Part shown: piece after piece, positions 42,735 to 64,000 of the stretch
Position numbering within the stretch: the stretch's first letter is position 1
How the letters are laid out: every line of letters starts with the position of its first letter
NCBI RefSeq assembly: GCF_009914755.1
Contig: NC_060930.1
DNA length: 64,000 bases
Reading direction: 5' to 3' (one strand)
Origin: the human T2T-CHM13v2.0 reference genome, Homo sapiens
Notes under the pieces: model-generated
The model's database searches: none
What the model saw: the letters and a program-made list of their open reading frames with translations, nothing else
Told to the model about the DNA's origin: nothing
Program-made: the position numbers and the translations under genes

Positions 42735-43174
42735 ATAGCTTATAATTCAATTCTAAAATGCCTGAGTTATTGAGTGAATTTTTCCTATGCATAAATGTAA
42801 TAAATGTAGAGAACCTCTAAAATAAGCAACCATAGAAGTAAGAGTTAGAAAATTATTTTTAATGCTTTAAATAAAAGCAGGGATGGGAATCTTTAGGAAA
42901 TGGGGACATAAGGAACTTTCTTTTCTTTTGTGCCATGCAGAGAGTTGCGAATGAAAAGCTTCCACTGGGAGCAAAGGTGGGATGACCAATCATGTTCCCA
43001 GTGCTCTGCCTCAGCCGGGTCCTTCCCAGCAATGGGGACTGTAGAGAGAAGGAGGAACCCCCACTGAACCCAAACAACCAACACTAGCTCAGTCAGCTCT
43101 CAGGTCAGCATAGATGCCCACAGACACTGTCCTGTGTTCACACAGAGGCCTGGCTCTGGCAGAACAAATGGTGC

Positions 43175-43410
43175 TATAGTGTGTTGATTGCTGGTTGCCC
43201 CCCCAGAAACCTGTTCACGTAGAACCTGCAAGTGTCACCTTATTTGGAAAAAGGTCCAAATAAGGAAATGTAATCATCCTAGATTACTGAGCTGGGCCCT
43301 AAATCCAATGACAAAAGTTCTTATAAGAGACAGAAGAGGAGAGAACAGAGACACACAGAGGAGAAGGCTGTATGAAGATGGAGACCTAGATGTGAGTTAT
43401 GAAGCCATAA
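43175..43410 (+). mobile_element. MLT1 (B/C-like) LTR 5' part
   Basis: gaacctgcaagtgtcaccttatttggaaaaagg...gggccctaaatccaatgac...cttataagaga. Confidence 0.8.
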
Positions 43411-45519
43411 GTCATATTTGTAAATGCAGTAGATAAATACTTAGACATTCAGATCCAAGTTCATATTTTGGGGGATTGTTCTTTCAGCTTCACAAGTTAA
43501 AGCCAACCACCTGGCTGTTATGATTCTTAGGATGCTTGCTTTTCAGTCCAGGATTTTCTACTTGATGAGTAAGCTCAAGCTCTCAAGCCCACCATAATAT
43601 TCTGAAGGAAGAGTTTCTACCCCAGAGATGTTCCAGGACTATTCTGCATGTGGACTCTGATTTCTGATCATTTGTTTTAAATTTATCAGCTCTACAGATA
43701 CGGCCCTCTCAAGTTAGATCCAGAGTAGAGGCCATCCAATTTTTTGTAAGTTCCCTAATGAAAGACCTATGGGCTAACAAAATGTTCCATCTAAACTGTG
43801 TCTTTCCCTATTACTAGTTAAGGTTTGGCCTGTGTGTTATGGCTAAACATGGAAAACATGGCTAATTTGATAACTAAAACTTGAGTCGCGGCTTACCCCT
43901 GTGTCATTTTCTGGAGAAATTGGACAAGACTAAAATAATCTTTCCTTAGCTTTGAGTTCCATGAGAAGGAATCCGTTATGGGCTGTATCACCAAGATTCT
44001 TTATTGCAACCTGACTACCTTAAGCAGAAAAATAATTATTGGGAAAATACTGGGTAACTCAGAAGCCCAATGAGAAGGCTGGAAAATTGAGCTCACAAAA
44101 CACACAAAACCCAAAGTAAAGACATAGTCAGCTAGGAAGCTGCTGCTGAATACTTCCCTGGCCACTCTACTCAGCTGCCCCTGGATGCTGTCACTACCCA
44201 TAGACACTGTTGTAAACCACCATGAGAAACACCGAGGAACAAATCTCACAGTCCCTTCATCACTACACCACTCACTTAAGACTTAGAGTCTGGATGTACA
44301 CTCAGCCAAGTCAGGTACAAGGAAGGGGTAGAGCACCTCCAACTCACAGCTTCTCCAGTGGTTCCTGTTGTCCACCACAACTCTCGCAACAAGGGATTTC
44401 CTCACACTAGAAATGTTCAATGACCAAAAATCATGACAAATGAGTTAATCTTTAAGACTCCTAGAGACCCTGGTCATTTCTGTCCATGTAGAACCCAAAC
44501 CATAATGTGACTTTCATTGAGACTCAAGATCGGAAGAAATAACTTCATGACAGATGTGGATAATGACTTCCACTGAACCAAAAAGCCATGCAGTCTTGTT
44601 CTCCTCCTTTGAGCTTATTCTTAATACTACTTTAGGAAGAGCACTTCATACCACTAGGCCTTCCCATTTACAGAAACAGAACTTAGCAGTCTCTTACATG
44701 TAGGCAATGAGGCTTCATCATCACAAACTATGGTAGCCCTAAACAATACTTCCCTCCTTTTCTCATATCATAGGCACATGTTCAATATAGTAACATCTAG
44801 ACTCTCTAAAATCTAACCTGGATTAGTCCAATTAACAGACACTGAGCACTGGATTCACTCTACTTTTACTGAAATGACCTTTTGGACAATGCCATTAATC
44901 TGTATTAAAGGTATTAATAAGAGAAAGTCCATAACAATTAATTACTGTGTAGACTGCATGAATGAATGCAGTACGTTCTCAATTGCAACCCACAGGAGAA
45001 CTTTTCCTCTGGTCTCAGTATCAATAAAAGCTGTGCTCTTGAGCACCTGTTTTTGTTTTATGTCACCAGCAGGACACTGTGAATCTTGTAATGGATCATA
45101 TTTCCCTGCTAAACTGGCTCTGAGAGGGTTAGAATAAAACTTGAAGGCCAGCTCTTACATGTTTACAAGGCTCTAAGGCATGCATTTTCTGTACTAACTC
45201 ACTTCTGGATCTATCTTATTTTCTTGCCTTTACTTTCCCTGACAAATTTCCACTAATTTCACCCTGTTATTTGTATGTGTTTGTAATCTGCTTTAGATTA
45301 TTTTAGGAACAGAGTGAGGACAGGAGTAAGGGAATGAGAGAAAAAATGAAGAAAGGAAAGAAGGAAGGCAGTCAGACTGCCGTAAAATTCTTGACCTATC
45401 ATGTTTGTTTGGCTAAGTCACATCTAGAAGGTGAGCTCTCTAAGGTGAAGACCATAACACTGATTATTATACACTCAAACTTACAACTCTCAACAAGTGA
45501 ATAAGTTTTAATGGATAAA

Positions 45520-45620
45520 AATATCCAATGAATGTACTTACATGCTACTGAATTATGCATTTGAAAATAGTTAAAATGGTAAATTTCATGTTATATATAT
45601 TTTACTGCAATGAAAAATCT
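45520..45620 (+). mobile_element. L1M 3' terminal fragment
   Basis: tgaatgtactta...ctactgaatt...aaaatagttaaaatggtaaatttcatgttatatatatttta. Confidence 0.7.
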
Positions 45621-47340
45621 AATGCTCTCCATTAAGATAAAATCCATTAAGATTCTGTAGCTCTAAATTAATTTTAAGTTGCTTCGAGGAAAGAACTGTC
45701 TTATTTATCTTTGCAACATAACTTCCGTGCCACCAGAGTCTACAACAACAAAATGTACATGTCTGGTGTTTGATATATGTTTCTTGGATTGAATTACCTG
45801 TAGATAAGTAGCCTTTACATGTAGGCAGTCACTTATGTATATGATTTGGGGCCCCTAATGGTTCTAGATGCAAGAAACTATCCCTTCGTCATTTGTATTA
45901 ATAGTAACTGAAATCACTACCATTCCTTTGGGTTAAGCCCATACTAAAGATAGACATCTAATCATTAAAAGGGCATTTTTTTTATTGCATCACTTAAATA
46001 ACTATCTGGCTGAGAGTATGACTGGGAAAAGGAGCTGGAAAACAGGTGAGTTTGGGTGAGGTTGATGTTAGGAGGAGAAATTGAGATATTTCAAACAAGG
46101 TACATTTTAGAACATAGCAAGCCTATGAGGCCTGGTGAGAGGGAGAATCCATACTTTGTAGTGGAAAGCCATGAGCGTCCAGAAAGCATGGTAAGGGCAC
46201 TGCATAACCCTGGGGCAAAGAGACATTCCGAAAGATGGGAAAGGGGGTGCTGCAATTCTGGAAAGTTGTTTTTATGAATATGAAGACTGAGCGGCTTTCT
46301 GCCCAAAGTAGCCTAGAATCACACTGAACACTAGGTCATCGGCTTCAGAGCCGGAGGGAATCTTAAATGTCATTCAATCCCACACCCTTCCCTTACAACT
46401 GTAAATGCATAGACACAAAGAGTGGCGATTTGTGATATAACCAAAAGAATACCCAGACCCCCAAGTCAGTGGCACTTCCACAGAATCCTCCTAACTTGTT
46501 TATGTGGAATGGGAGAAGATTTTTATTTCCCAAATTGTGCCTGATTATTTGATTCTAGCAGCTGGAACACCAATGATTTCTCAGAGTAATGGAGTGCTTA
46601 ATACACACCAGGTGGTAAAGCTTGTGATGATGGGGGAGAATTCAAACTGCAAACCACAGCAGGTGAAAATCCCACACTGACTCAGGAATACTGTGTGTAA
46701 TCTTTCCCTGATGGAGGTGGATGATTTGTTTACATTTTAGAAGATACTTGGCAGCCCTTGCTGCCATTTTGCCAAGAAAAAATCTCCTTCCAACACTACA
46801 TTCACTTGGGTATTCATTATTCCAACCCCACAGGCTAAAAATATACAAGCACCATGGGAGGAAGGAGAGGGGAAGGGGGCAAGCATATGCCTTACTCAGT
46901 GCGCTACCACCTCATTAGTGCCACTCCATCTTGCAGCGGCCAAAATGGGTTTAAGCCATTGTAACAAGCAGTTCCCTTGCTCAGCTTTAGCACCCATCTT
47001 CCCTCCCACTGATCCTCTTCTGTATTTTCTCTTTTTCTGCCTCTTGAAAGTGCTGTATGCTTTTGATAACCATCTGGTTCATTTCCATTAGGTGTGGCTG
47101 CCTCTTCTTCTCTTTCTTTCCCCTTCCATGTTTGGGAAACACATTCAATGTTACGCAGTGGCTCCTGTATACTCAGTGTGCTTGAGTCACCATGTTTACA
47201 GAATCTGAAAGACAAAGGTAAGGTAATTCAGAAGTACCTCTGTGTCAGTGAATGTTTCTACCCTTAAGTTCCCCTCAAAGATCTGAAGTTGCAGGTAAGT
47301 AAGAGTTAAACTCACATGGAAATGACAATTACTAACTCCT

Positions 47341-54115
<6,775 letters not shown>

Positions 54116-54165
54116 TCATGTTCTTGATTGTTTGATTTCAACTTCGATTTCATGAGATAGCCTAG

Positions 54166-54567
54166 TGTATTAGCCTATTCTCATGCTGCTATAAAGGACG
54201 GCCTGAGACTAATTATAATTATATAATTTATAAAGGAAGGGTAATTTATAAAGTAAGAGGTTTAATTGACTCACAGTTCTTCATGGCTAGAGAGGCCTCA
54301 GAAAACTTACAATCATGGTGGAAGGGGAAGCAAACACGTCCTTCTTCACATGATGGCAGGAAGGAGAAGTGCGAAGAAAAAGGGGGAAAAGCCCCTTATA
54401 AAACCATCAGATCTCATGAGAACTCACTCACTATCATGAGAATAGCAGCATGGTAACCACCCCCATGATTCAGTTACCTCCCACCAGGTCCCTCCTATGA
54501 CGCATGGGGATTCTGGGAACTACAATTCAAGATGAGATTTGGGTGGGGACACAGCCAAACCATATCA
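54166..54567 (-). mobile_element. THE1 (C/D-like) solo LTR
   Basis: tgtattagcc ... cagccaaaccatatca; perfect 5-bp TSD cctag (54161-54165, 54568-54572). Confidence 0.92.
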
Positions 54568-55057
54568 CCTAGAAACCTTCCAATAAATTATTTTTCCTTA
54601 AGCTAACAAGAGCCACTTTCTCTTGCTTCATGTTTTCTCTGATCTCCCAGAGTTTACCTTCAAGAGGAATTTAAAACACTTTAGCAAGAAGCAGCAAAAC
54701 ATGGTTGCTAAGTATTCTAAGAGAGAGAAGTGGAGTGAATGGACCATGTGAGTATGGGATCTAAGCCCATAGGTTGGGAATAAAAGTTGAGGAGAAGCAG
54801 GAATTAGGTGGGCATCAAGGGGAGCCAAATATTCTAGACACAGGCATGAGTTTGACAGCCCCGAGCCAAAAGAAAGCAAGACATGTTTGAGTAAATGAAA
54901 GCAGCTCAAAATGATTAACACATGTAAGTATATGAGAATGGGGATTCATGATAATAATGACTCATGTATTGAGAGTTTATGTTCCAGGCACTATTCTAGG
55001 TCATTAGAGGCAATAACTGATTTAGTTCTCACAATATTCCAGTGAAGTAGGTAACAT

Positions 55058-55360
55058 TGTTGGGAGACATATCTCCCCGGGTCTCTTGAATTTCTGCACA
55101 TCTTATGAGCAGAGGCACTGACAGTTTATGTTCCAGACTGGTATTTTTAAGGATTGCAAACAGCTTTCAAAGATAGAGATTATGTCTCTCCCAGAGCAGA
55201 GGGCAGATTTGTTCACTGTTATAATAAAGATACTATTTCATGCTGAGGCAAAGTTCAGGTGGATTTGCTCACAGCCCAGTTAAAAAGAGCTAGAATTCCT
55301 AAGCTCAGGGTTTGTTAGCTGTGATGCAACCCACTGTGTGTACAGCATCCAACTGGACTT
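55058..55360 (+). mobile_element. ERVL-class LTR (MER54/MER73-like), partial
   Basis: tgttgggagac...ggtctc...tttctgcacatctt...gagcagaggcactgac. Confidence 0.6.
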
Positions 55361-55519
55361 GCCAGGATACGAACGCTTGTGAATGTGCTCTGGAGCTTAT
55401 AGTCTTAACCACAGCAGTGAGACTAAAGAAGCAAAATGGAGATAAATCACACAGGGCCTTGTAAGTCCTGTTATACAATTTACATTTTATCCTAAGAGTA
55501 ATAAAGAATCTACTAGTTT

Positions 55520-55966
55520 GAGTGGGTTAGCTGCTGTAACAATTAGACTTCAATATGTACATTGGCTGAAACTCAACAGAAAATCATTTCTTGCTCACGT
55601 AATAGTTTGAAGCAGAAGATTCAAACTATTACATTCAAACTGTCGGTGGGCAGTCCTCTTCTTAACGATGACTCAAGAACTCAGGCTTCTTCTGTCGTGT
55701 TGCTCCATCAACCCTTAGGGTCTTATCTTTTTCCAGCCAGAAGAGATAAGAAGACAGCATAGAAAACTACATTTATTTCTTAAAATCCATGGCTTGTAAG
55801 TGACCTACACTATTTTTGTTAACATTCCATTGTCAAGAGCTTCATCACATGGTCACACCCAGAAATAAGAATGGTCTGTCAAATGTAGTTGCAGCTTTCT
55901 GAAGATAACTCTATCCTACGGAAGGGGAACATATATTTTGGGGGACAGCTAGCCATCTGTGCCACA
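55520..55966 (-). mobile_element. MLT1J-like LTR
   Basis: ttagctgctgtaacaa...tttcttgctcac...cacatggtcacacc...ccatctgtgccaca. Confidence 0.65.
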
Positions 55967-56629
55967 GGGAGCCACTCAAAGATTTAAACAAGTGGGATAA
56001 CACATTTATACTGCAAATTACTGGCTGCAATATGGATATTTTTTGGAGCGAATAAGACAGGAGATGGGGGGGAAAAAACAGGGATTTATTGTAGTAATCT
56101 AGATAAGACACTAGACCAAACCAGACAAGAGAAAATAAACAGGAAAGAGGAAAGTAGACGAAGTCAAGAAATATTGAAGAGGTGAATTCTACAGGATGCT
56201 CTCTCCACTAAAGTACAACCATCCTCCTACCTAACCACTTATTTGCAGGCCTGTTTTGACCCTGTCCCTGATTCTATTTCTGTGTTTGTATTTGCAACAC
56301 AATAATGAATGTTAAATGGGGTTGGAGGGGAGAGATAAAACTAACATTTTTAAAAATTCAAAATGAAGACTTTCAGGCAGGCTCACATCCTGACTTTCAG
56401 AGACACATACCAGATCCAGGGTTCCCTGCTCTACATGGCCCACTGCAGAAGGAACAGTGGAGCGGGGTATAACAAATAATTCATGTTTGAATAATCTATG
56501 CTTATTTAAGAAATATGTGTGTGTTGGTGTGTGTGAGGGCATGTGTTCTAGTTTCTAGTCTTCATAATAAAGACAATAGATAAGGATTTGGCAATGGCAT
56601 ATACTATATTTATATAATGATATAAAATG

Positions 56630-57045
56630 GAGTTTGGGTTCCCCAGAAAGCAACTCTGTGATGGAGATTGGCACACAGGAATTTTACGGGGGTGGGATTG
56701 CTCTCAGAGTCATCACTTGTAGAGGCACAAAAGGATTATTGCTTAGAGGAAGAAGTTGATCTAGGATACAATAGCAATTAGAGCCTCCGCTGATACTACA
56801 CAGAGGTTGGATGGCCTTCAGAATTGTCCCCAACTGGGGCAAGGGCATTTGTATTCTTGAGTGAATCAGTCATATTGGGTGTGGACTGCCCTCAGGAAAA
56901 GGGCATGACCTTGGGCAAGAAATCTCTCTTTAGCCTGAGGGAAAGTCCTGGAGAAGAACTGAGCTAAGAGCTATCAGCTGCCAACGTTCCCAGAAGGTGG
57001 GGGAATAAACACCTGAGTTCTGGAAAGAAGAGCTCAGAACAGCCT
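56630..57045. mobile_element. LTR16-like ERVL LTR
   Basis: gggttccccagaaagcaactctgtgatggagat...gatggccttcagaattgtccc...ggcatgaccttgggcaag. Confidence 0.6.
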
Positions 57046-57359
57046 ACCTCAGTGTCTCCTATACAGGTACTTGCCGACTGACTCTGGCCTTGACCCCTGC
57101 CACACACATGCATGCATACACCACACACACATGCACACCCACATGCATACACACTTTGGTAATATGCAAGTGTTTCTAGAAATAAGATAATGTACTGTAA
57201 CACAGGACTCATTTAACTAATATTTTACTGGAGTACATATTTCTTATCTCTCCTTTCATCTCATCCTAAAGAAATATGATATCCTTGGGGCAGATTTTAG
57301 TTTATCCCAAAATTAACAATATAATCCCCTCTCAGACCTCTCTCTAGTGTAGAATATGC

Positions 57360-57590
57360 AGTCAGGTATTAGAAAGAAACAGAGCTGGGGCTAAATCTTA
57401 ATTCTGTAACATACAGTTGTGTGGTGATATACAAACCATTTAACCTCTATCACTCTTAATTTCACCATCTGTAATGCAGGGAAAATTAAAGCACTTTAGT
57501 GTTGTGAGGATAAAATGAGATAATGCAAGTAAAGCGTTTAGCATTGTCCTGGCACATAGAAAGCTTACAACAAGTGATACTATGATTAAT
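57360..57590 (+). mobile_element. MIR
   Basis: catctgtaatgcagg...gttgtgaggataaaatgagataatgc...cctggcacatag. Confidence 0.75.
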
Positions 57591-58079
57591 ACAGCATGGA
57601 TTTAAATATACAGTGGGTCAAATCATGGCTGTTAGTAGAATAAGATCCAGCAAGGTTCTCCAAGAACAGAGGTAGCGAACATATTCCTGAAAGCTGCCTG
57701 TAGAGGAAGTCCAGTCATTTTGTTTCATCACTACAAATTCTCTGTTCCTCAGAGGCTTGCTCCGTATGAATCCTTGCTAACCTATGTATGGATGAATAAA
57801 GGTGAGATTTCAAAACACGATTGTATCTAGTCTTAGTCACAAAAAGCCTTACTCTAAACCCTGAGTAAGGTTGTGGTAAGAAACACAGGGCACCCCATTA
57901 TCGTTAGTAACCACCAACAAAGGCTTTATTCAGGCATCACTTCCTGGCCTGGATTTTGGGTCCTTATTTCACCCTTCTGTGTCGATTTCCTTTTGTAAAC
58001 CAGTTTTTAGGCTTCTCAGCTTCACTGTTTATAGCTATAAGAAACATTCACCAACTGTCTATGCAGGGAGCTCTTTGTG

Positions 58080-58640
58080 AGTCTGGGACTGTTTCCTGTG
58101 CACACAAGTAGATGACATTTCCCAGCATCCCTTGCAGTCTGTGTGACCAGTTGACAAGTTCTAGCCAATGAAACATGAGCAGAAGCGGGGTATGCCATGA
58201 CCAAGCAGGGTGACTAGCTGTCCCTATTTACCCAGGACTGAGGGGTTCCCCTGGATATGGAACTTTCTGTTCTAAAAGCAGTATATACAAAAGTTCCCTT
58301 TCCTGGCCAAAAATAAAAATAAAACCAGTATAATTTGAAGAAAATCAGGTTGAGTTGGTAACCCTAGTTCCTGGCCTAGCCCACAAAACTTCCTGCACAT
58401 CACATCACTGCCATGTTTTTTCTCCTTTCAGTTGCTTAAACAGCCATCACAAACAGCAAGCTCGGAAGCTGTATTTTGAAGACAGCAGAGGCCCTTGTCA
58501 ACCTACCCACAAGAAGAAGCCACCTTACTGTCACCCCATTGACTTGGAACATCCACTATGTGGAAAAGATACTTCTATTGTACTTAAGTCACCACAGCCT
58601 GGGCCTATTTTCACAGCACTTTAGCCTGTCCTGACTAATG
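58080..58640 (+). mobile_element. MLT1-like LTR interrupted by a MER94-like hAT-Blackjack element (58206-58366)
   Basis: acatttcccagcatcccttgcag...ttctagccaatgaaacatgagcagaag; nested TIRs cagggtgacta / tggtaacccta. Confidence 0.6.
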
Positions 58641-59230
58641 CGCAGGCACTCTATAAACAGAGCTAAGACGCAGACTTTACAAACTTGAATAACACAAAGG
58701 CAGGCACACCTGAAATACATGCGCTAACTCTTGGGGAAAGTTTTTACAAGGAGAATCGAATTTCAAGAGAAATGAGAGGCAAGGAAGGAGAGGCTAACCC
58801 TCATTTTACCCAGCTCAAGTCCACCATGAGAAATTCCCAAATCTCCTCTCAGGGATTAATATTACTTTAATAAAATATATCACACACTTCAACCTTGCAG
58901 GCTGCTGTAGCAAACAGAGCAGGGATTAGAAGTCAGAATAAATAGGTTCACACCAACTGCAGCAGGTAGCAGCTGAGTGGTGGTTGTAAGTCAGTAACCT
59001 CTCTAGACCTCAGATTCCTCATCTTGGATATGAAGGTTTATTCTACTCTCTGATCAAGCATCTTCTATAAGCCAGTCCTGTGCCAGCTACTAGAGATACG
59101 AAGATAAGATATGATAAAGTCTCTCAAATAGAAAACAGGCTAGCAATGTCTTAAAGTGAAGTAAGGCTTTTGGTCACCTGGGACCAAAGCAAGAGGAAAA
59201 GAAGAGGGAGAGTTTTAAGTCCTCTCTCTC

Positions 59231-59527
<297 letters not shown>

Positions 59528-59669
59528 AGGTCTTCTCTTTATATTACTAAGTAGACCATGGCAATGAATAACTTTGCCAGGCTCTGGGATCTGTAAAGTG
59601 AAGAGCAAGGAGCAGAATCCAAGATGCAAGGAGTCTTATGAGCAGTAGGAAGTGAGATTTCCTCAGTCA

Positions 59670-60470
59670 GCAACCATTCAAACATTTATTCACTGCCTCC
59701 CAGTTGCTAGGCTTGTGCTATCCTCTGGATTCAAGGATGAGGAAGACACCTCCCCCTAGTTCTTCCTTGTTCAGTGGGGCAGCAAATAAATACACACTAA
59801 AAAACTAAGCAATGGGTGTCATGACCAAGGGGACACAGAGCGGGGCTTCTTATGTGGAATTGTGGGGCTTAGAGAAGGCTTCCCGAGGAGCTAAGCCATG
59901 AAGCACAAGTATGTGTTAGCCAGATGGAGGGAAGAGGGGAAGTGTTGGAAATAAGAGGGAACATGGTGACTTGGCCGAAGGGAGAGTAAGAGTGTGGAAC
60001 AAGGAATGGTGCCAACGTGGATGCAGGAGCCAGAGGAAGAAAAGACCTGTCTTCCTCTTTTCTTCTCTCTCTTCCTCCTTCTCATCCTCCCTCTCTCTCT
60101 CCCTCCCTTCCTCCATCCCTCTCTCCCTCTCTTCCTTCTGTTTTTCTTTCAATGTTAAGGAGTTCGCACTTTATCCTTAAAGTTGTCAAAAGCCATGAAA
60201 GTTGTTTCAGCAGAGGTCTGAAATGTAGGAACGCCCTGACAGCAAGGAGGTGCAAGGATTAGACAGGAAGGAGGACCACTTAGTGGGGTCTGCGATCATC
60301 CAACCAGCTGGGAAATGACAAAGGCCTGAATCAAGGCAGTGACAGGTGAGAAGAGGAGCTTACGGCTATGAAGGTTTTCTGGGAGGCAGAATTTACAGGA
60401 GCTGGGGACTGTTTGCACCTGGGGCGTGTGTTGAATAGAACCTTGGAGGCAAGAGGCTTGGCTTATCCAG
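59670..60470 (-). mobile_element. L2 fragments with embedded CT-rich low-complexity tract (~60050-60150)
   Basis: cattcaaacatttatt..., agagaaggcttcccgaggag, aaggagttcgcactttatcct, aggcctgaatcaaggcagtg. Confidence 0.65.
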
Positions 60471-61677
60471 GGAGTCAGAGGTAAATAGCAAACTTCAGAC
60501 ATCAAAGGGCACAGTTAGATTGAAAAGTGAGTGAAAGTTGACTCTGTCTAAGGCTGTGAAGACATAAGGGACGACCTGGTAATACCCTTTAGTCAGGACA
60601 ATAGAGAGCCCCAGATGACCTCAGGGAGGGCGGCTGCCTCTTGGGGGTGAAGTTGGGGAGTGAAAATTCTCAGTGGAAAAAAGGTTGCATAGCTCATCCA
60701 CTAATGCAAAAGCTTGGCAATGTTTTAGCTTTTGGAAAAAATACAAAATGGCCCCGGTTCACTCAAATACACAAGACCCACTCTAGCTAATAGCCACGTT
60801 CTTGGGCTGTGATTTGACTAAGTAGTTTAAAAGATAGTTTATTTAATGTGGAGTCCTTTCGCTTTTAGGGTTCAGTATGTTTGAAACTGCTGTTTCTTTT
60901 CAAAGTTTCACAGCATCTCCAACTGTTTATAATTGGAAATTAAAATAAAAAACTGGAAAGGACAAAGAATTCATTTAACTAAAAAGGAAAAAAAAAGTTT
61001 GCTGTGTCTTAGGTGTTAGCCTTCCATGTGGACTAAACTGCTACCCTTTAATTTTCATGGTGTTCAGAAATTACAAGGATGTGGCCTGCAGTAGAAATTC
61101 AACAAAGTAATTGAATTAGAGAATTTAACTTGTCATTTGTGGTTATTCAAAAACCAGAGGATGTATTTCTCCAAGAAACCTGTCCTGGGGAGGTTTCTAG
61201 CCTATAGAAATGTGCTTTCTGGAAATTCAGAGAGAGTCTTAAAGACGTAAAAGTCAAATTACTGTTAACAGGAGAGAAGGCTGAAGCTGCTCCTAGCCAG
61301 CATGCCAAGCAAGGGTCAAAGGAGCAGCCAATGGCCGTGCCCAGACACTGTCTGCCCTAGGCCAGCATGGCCCCTCCCAGGACTAACATGGCGAGCCCCA
61401 GCAGAGAAGAAGCAGGGAGCAGGGGATAAGAGGGCAGGCTCTGCAGTCAGGCACATCCGGGTTTGAGACCTTCTTCTGCCACTTCCTAACCTGTCAGCTT
61501 GGCCATATTCCCCAACCTCTCTAGACATCAGTAGAACTTACTCTTCATCTATCAAAATGGAGCTAATGCTTCTTTCTTGGGGGAAAAAAAAACAACCTCA
61601 GTCCACCAATGTAAGTGACACACATGCTATCCTCTCTCAGGCTAGAAGCAATTTGGCTTAATTATATCTACTATTTA

Positions 61678-62024
<347 letters not shown>

Positions 62025-62739
62025 CTACCAAAGAGAAGATTTTTATCTTTCAACAGGTGGGAGGCCCTTGGGTATTCTAATCCTAGTTGATCTACGCTCT
62101 GCTGTCACATCAAAACATCACTAAATGAAGTGGAAAATCCTCTGGCGTGTCCTCTTTAAAGTAAGGAGATGGGTTCTAGAGTATAGGAAGGGTTATGACC
62201 TCGGGGAGATGCTGTGACGACTACAATTTAGAAACTATATGCTGCATTGTAAATAGGATCATGTGCTTCTCACCAGCTACCATCCAAGATAAAGAGCATG
62301 ACACAAAGCTTCAGGAACCCACAGGCAGGCATGTTTACACTAGCAAATTATAAGCAGATGAGTTCTGTTTATCTGCGTTTATAAAACTCAGCCTGGCCCA
62401 GATACAAAAGCTCATTAGGAATCTACAGTGTGCTCTAAGTTGTACCTGTGTTGCCAGGGTGCCAAAACAAAGGGCTGATTTAATGACCATAAACAATCAA
62501 CTCAACTTGTTGTTTGACATATACAAAACTATACTGTAGACCATGTTCCAACAAAGCTAGAGTTGGCCAACTGAAGTTTTCTTTTTTCACTTGCCCAGGT
62601 ATTACACAGACAGTCATGTTCCTAGAGCATATACCTAACAAGCCAAAATATTCAGGTTTAAAATTCAACTTCCCGCTATGCTTTGGATGGACTGTGATCT
62701 CAGTGGTCTTTTTCTTTGTGGACCAGCTGCTGATTAGGG

Positions 62740-63175
62740 CTGTCAGTCACAAAGCATAGGGTGTACTGTAACTAGCTTAAGCAGAAAAGCAATTTCTTGG
62801 AGAGTATTAGGTAACTTTTTCCAAAATCCCTAAGAAGACAAAGGGATGGGACTTGGTACTAAGCAGCCAGGAACCGCAGACTTACTGCAGTCCCAGTCCT
62901 GGGCACGGGACCCCACTGTCAGCCACCACTGCTGTCTCTGAAAGCTGCTGCCTTTTCATTCCACTCAGACTCCTCCATGGGAAGCAAAACCACACCTCAG
63001 CTACTTTCAGAAGAGGATTGTATGGGTGGGCCAAGTCACATGCCATCATCCTAGTTCAAAAAAGGCTGGTAAGCTGAATTCTAATTCCTACATTGGAGAG
63101 GTAGGACTCAAGTGGGAATGCCCCTAAATATAGAATGACTGGTCAAAATGCAGTGGCCAGCCAAAGTATGACATG
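62740..63175 (-). mobile_element. Old MLT1 (K/L-like) LTR
   Basis: aactagcttaagcagaaaag...ggccaagtcacatgcc...aaggctggtaagc. Confidence 0.5.
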
Positions 63176-64000
63176 CGTATCCACAAAACCATAAAGTATA
63201 TCTTTGTCTTACTTTTCTTGGAAACCATTTGGTTTATAACAAGATCAAAGTTTATAAGGATAAATATAGCAAGGTATCTCCTGGTTTTGAATTGACTTAT
63301 GACTACAGTATGAACTCTAAATTCAAATAAATGTATATGCCACTAACAATCATTTTCCTAGTAGACTACCCAAAATGGGTCTGATCACCAGAGTTGATGT
63401 GGTCTGTGTGGTGCTGTGAAATAAGCAGCTTAAAAATGAAAAAGGTCTTACTCATTAATCTGTGTAATTTTTCACCTGGCTACATCACATGAGACTTTCT
63501 TTATAACAGATAAAACAGAAAGCTTCTCTCTTTGCCTAGTAGTTTATATTTCATGAATATCTGCTTCCACTTATATGTCCCTTTTTTCCCCTTAAAAAAA
63601 CATGTTTTTAAAATTGTGCTTAGAAATCAGACCCAACTGTAAATCAGGGAAACAGCCCTTGTATACATTTACATCTATCAGGTTTCTGGGTTATACTAGT
63701 AATAGATGAAATAAAACTGAATCACCTCCCTGCATTCCACTAAAATGCTCATGAATTAAAATATGGCTACTTCAACCTATAAGCCCCCATCAGGCCAAAT
63801 AGGAAAATGCTAGAGGTATTCTCGTTATAGTCAGGAATGAGAAAGGAACATCAACAATTAAATCATACAATTTTATACTTATATGAAGATAACTACAAAA
63901 CCTCTCACTATGAAACAAATCAATTCCCTATGTGAAAATTAAAAGATAAGTATAAGCCAAAAAATTGGAAGGTAAAAACTTAATATTTTCTTTTATCTCC

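Overview
Primate (most likely human) genomic DNA, not microbial. The only host protein-coding sequence I can support is the terminal exon of SLC35F1 (+ strand, CDS 25135-25359, FSGLYLLSFF...EEEPHVRVA*). It is followed by a ~3.4 kb 3'UTR containing an antisense AluY and ending at a tandem AATAAA signal (~28751-28762). Positions 1-25134 are the distal part of the last intron and ~28800-64000 is downstream intergenic DNA (human 6q22, towards CEP85L/PLN, from recalled gene order). The rest is typical interspersed repeat: a full-length dead L1PA7/8 (47341-54115, minus) with a nested Alu, about a dozen Alus, MaLR/ERVL LTRs (MLT1, MSTB, THE1, MLT2), an ERVL remnant with a decayed dUTPase, L2/MIR/CR1 fragments, hAT/Tigger fossils and microsatellites. 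Repeat subfamily names come from recalled consensus sequences and need RepeatMasker/Dfam confirmation. I found no evidence of a new multi-gene system. The best unexplained signals are a 47-bp-arm inverted repeat (42628-42734), a pre-miRNA-sized intronic hairpin with A-C mismatches (24717-24787), a (TA)n-derived inverted-capture VNTR (8718-8884) and several templated-insertion repair scars.
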